NCBI GenBank assembly: GCA_030754885.1
Contig: JASLZL010000017.1
Location: 12,999 to 76,998, forward strand
Length of the DNA: 64,000 bases
Reading direction: 5' to 3'
DNA from: Rhodospirillales bacterium
GTDB taxonomy: Bacteria > Pseudomonadota > Alphaproteobacteria > Rhodospirillales > JASLLZ01
Within the stretch, counting starts at the first letter, position 1; each line of letters opens with the position of its first letter. Made by a program: the position numbers and the translations under genes. Below the pieces are notes generated by a model, which made no database searches, was not told the DNA's origin, and saw nothing but the letters and a program-made list of their open reading frames with translations. Shown here piece after piece: positions 62,485-64,000 of this stretch.

Positions 62485-63723
62485 ATGTCCGCCCCCGCGA
62501 GAGTCCTGGTCGTCGGCGCCGGCATCGTCGGCACCTGCTGCGCGGTCTATCTGCAACGTGAGGGTTTCCGCGTTACGCTGATCGACCGCGACGGTCCGGG
62601 CGAAGGCTGTTCATCGGGCAACGCGGGAAACTTCTCCGTCGGTTCCGTCTTCCCCCAATCGATGCCCGGAATCTGGCGCAAGGTTCCGGGCATGCTGATG
62701 GATCCTCTGCTCCCCCTATCGATTCGTTGGCGCCATCTGCCGGCCGCCTTGCCCTGGTTCACCCATTTTACCATGAACAGCCGGCGCCGGCGAGTGGAAG
62801 AAATCGGTCTCGCCTTGAAGGCCCTTTACGGCCACGTCCTCGATGCCTACGACGCCCTCCTCAAGTCCGCCGGTGCCCAAGACCTGATCGTGTGCCGGGG
62901 CAGGCTGACCACCTACGAGAGCGAATTGTCCCTGCAAAAGGATGCCTACGCGCTGGAGCTTCGGCGGCGCCATGGAATCGACGTGCAAATCCTAAGCGGC
63001 GATGAAGCACGGAAAATGGAACCGGCGCTTACCCCCCTGGTCAAGCGGGCCGCCTTCCTGCCCGCCTACGCCCATACGGTCAACCCCCTGCGCCTGACCC
63101 AGGTCCTGGCCGAGCAATTCGTCCGCGACGGTGGGACCGTGTTGCGCGAAACCGTCAGGGGATTCGAAGCGAAAGACCCCGGACCACCCCGGGTGTTGAC
63201 CGACACCGGCGGCCATGACGCCGAGCAGGTGGTTATCGCCGCCGGCGCCTATTCCGGCCGGATGGCGGCGCAACTGGGCAGCCGCGTGCTTCTTGAAGCG
63301 GAACGGGGCTACCACTTGTCGATGTCCGACCCTGGGGTCACGTTCACACGCACCATCATGTCATCGGACCGGTTCATTACCATCACGCAAATGGAGCCCG
63401 GTCTTAGGGTCAGTGGCATCTCCGAATTCTCAGGCTTGGACGCGCCACCGCGCTACCGTCTCGCCGACGTGGTATTGAAACACGCCCGAGACCTCATCCC
63501 CGATCTCAATCCCGCCGGTGCCAGCCGTTGGATGGGAAATCGGCCTTCGACACCCGATTCACTTCCCATCATCAGCCGCTCGCCCCATAACCCGAACGTT
63601 CTGTTCGCCTTTGGCCATTTCGGCCTTACACTGGGGGCTATCAGTGGCAAGCTCATCGCGGAAATGGCTACTGGCCGACCCACCACCATCGACACCACGC
63701 CCTATAGGGTAGACCGCTTCTAG
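62485..63723 (+). CDS. FAD-dependent D-amino-acid dehydrogenase family
   Basis: VVGAGIVG, CSSGNAG, ERGYH, WMGNRPSTPDSLPII. Confidence 0.9.
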   Translation: MSAPARVLVVGAGIVGTCCAVYLQREGFRVTLIDRDGPGEGCSSGNAGNFSVGSVFPQSMPGIWRKVPGMLMDPLLPLSIRWRHLPAALPWFTHFTMNSRRRRVEEIGLALKALYGHVLDAYDALLKSAGAQDLIVCRGRLTTYESELSLQKDAYALELRRRHGIDVQILSGDEARKMEPALTPLVKRAAFLPAYAHTVNPLRLTQVLAEQFVRDGGTVLRETVRGFEAKDPGPPRVLTDTGGHDAEQVVIAAGAYSGRMAAQLGSRVLLEAERGYHLSMSDPGVTFTRTIMSSDRFITITQMEPGLRVSGISEFSGLDAPPRYRLADVVLKHARDLIPDLNPAGASRWMGNRPSTPDSLPIISRSPHNPNVLFAFGHFGLTLGAISGKLIAEMATGRPTTIDTTPYRVDRF

Positions 63724-63743
63724 GTGTTAATGCAGATTCCCGA

Positions 63744-63935
63744 TCACCGGGTCAGATAGACCAGAACCGCCAGGAGGCCAACGGCGACGGCCTGGGCGAT
63801 AACCCGAAGGCGCATCAAGCGGTTGCGGCGCTCTTCCGAGGTATCACCCGGATTTGCGAAGCCGAACAGCCCGGCGACCAAAATCACCACCACGGCCACC
63901 AAGATGAGTACCAAAATCGCTTCGATGAAGCCCAT
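63744..63935 (-). CDS. Twin-transmembrane small protein (HIG1-like)
   Basis: Two hydrophobic helices around NRLMRLRVIAQ; GAGGTGG RBS. Confidence 0.8.
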   Translation of the reverse strand: MGFIEAILVLILVAVVVILVAGLFGFANPGDTSEERRNRLMRLRVIAQAVAVGLLAVLVYLTR

Positions 63936-64000
63936 GCTTCCACCTCTCCCGTCACTGTCCTAGACAATACCCGTTTAAGGATGGCATCGGGCACGGTCCA

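Overview
A GC-rich bacterial chromosome segment with alphaproteobacterial (Rhodospirillales-like) gene content. No rRNA, tRNA, CRISPR array, integrase or transposase was seen. Left part: end of cobaltochelatase cobT, a holin-like membrane protein, mlaC, an ECF sigma / adenylate cyclase / CMD-protein module, rpmB, monomeric icd, LOG, a cytochrome c' + diheme cytochrome c pair, a LysM protein, psd-pssA, a PadR-RND efflux operon, a Dpp/Opp ABC transporter and moaA. Middle (25.5-48.5 kb): a 23-kb cobalamin cluster bracketed by two B12 riboswitches. It mixes late-insertion genes (cobN, cobW) with early-insertion markers (cbiX, cbiD, cbiG-cobJ) and shows no cobG or cobF. Right part: oxidoreductase, M20 amidohydrolase, xth, two GFA proteins, a nucleotide-sugar cluster, ilvD, a class V aminotransferase, a D-amino-acid dehydrogenase and a HIG1-like protein. 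Most notable: (1) a Cys-tailed ECF sigma factor and a CMD protein share mirror-image TGTAAC-N17-CGTCT promoters, and a frameshifted adenylate cyclase gene sits between exact 18-bp direct repeats whose recombination would restore a simple sigma gene; (2) an Arn-like sugar pathway with an added C-methyltransferase; (3) the hybrid, alternately oriented cob cluster; (4) a cytochrome c' interrupted by TGA at a conserved Trp. All calls come from motif recognition by eye; no searches were run.
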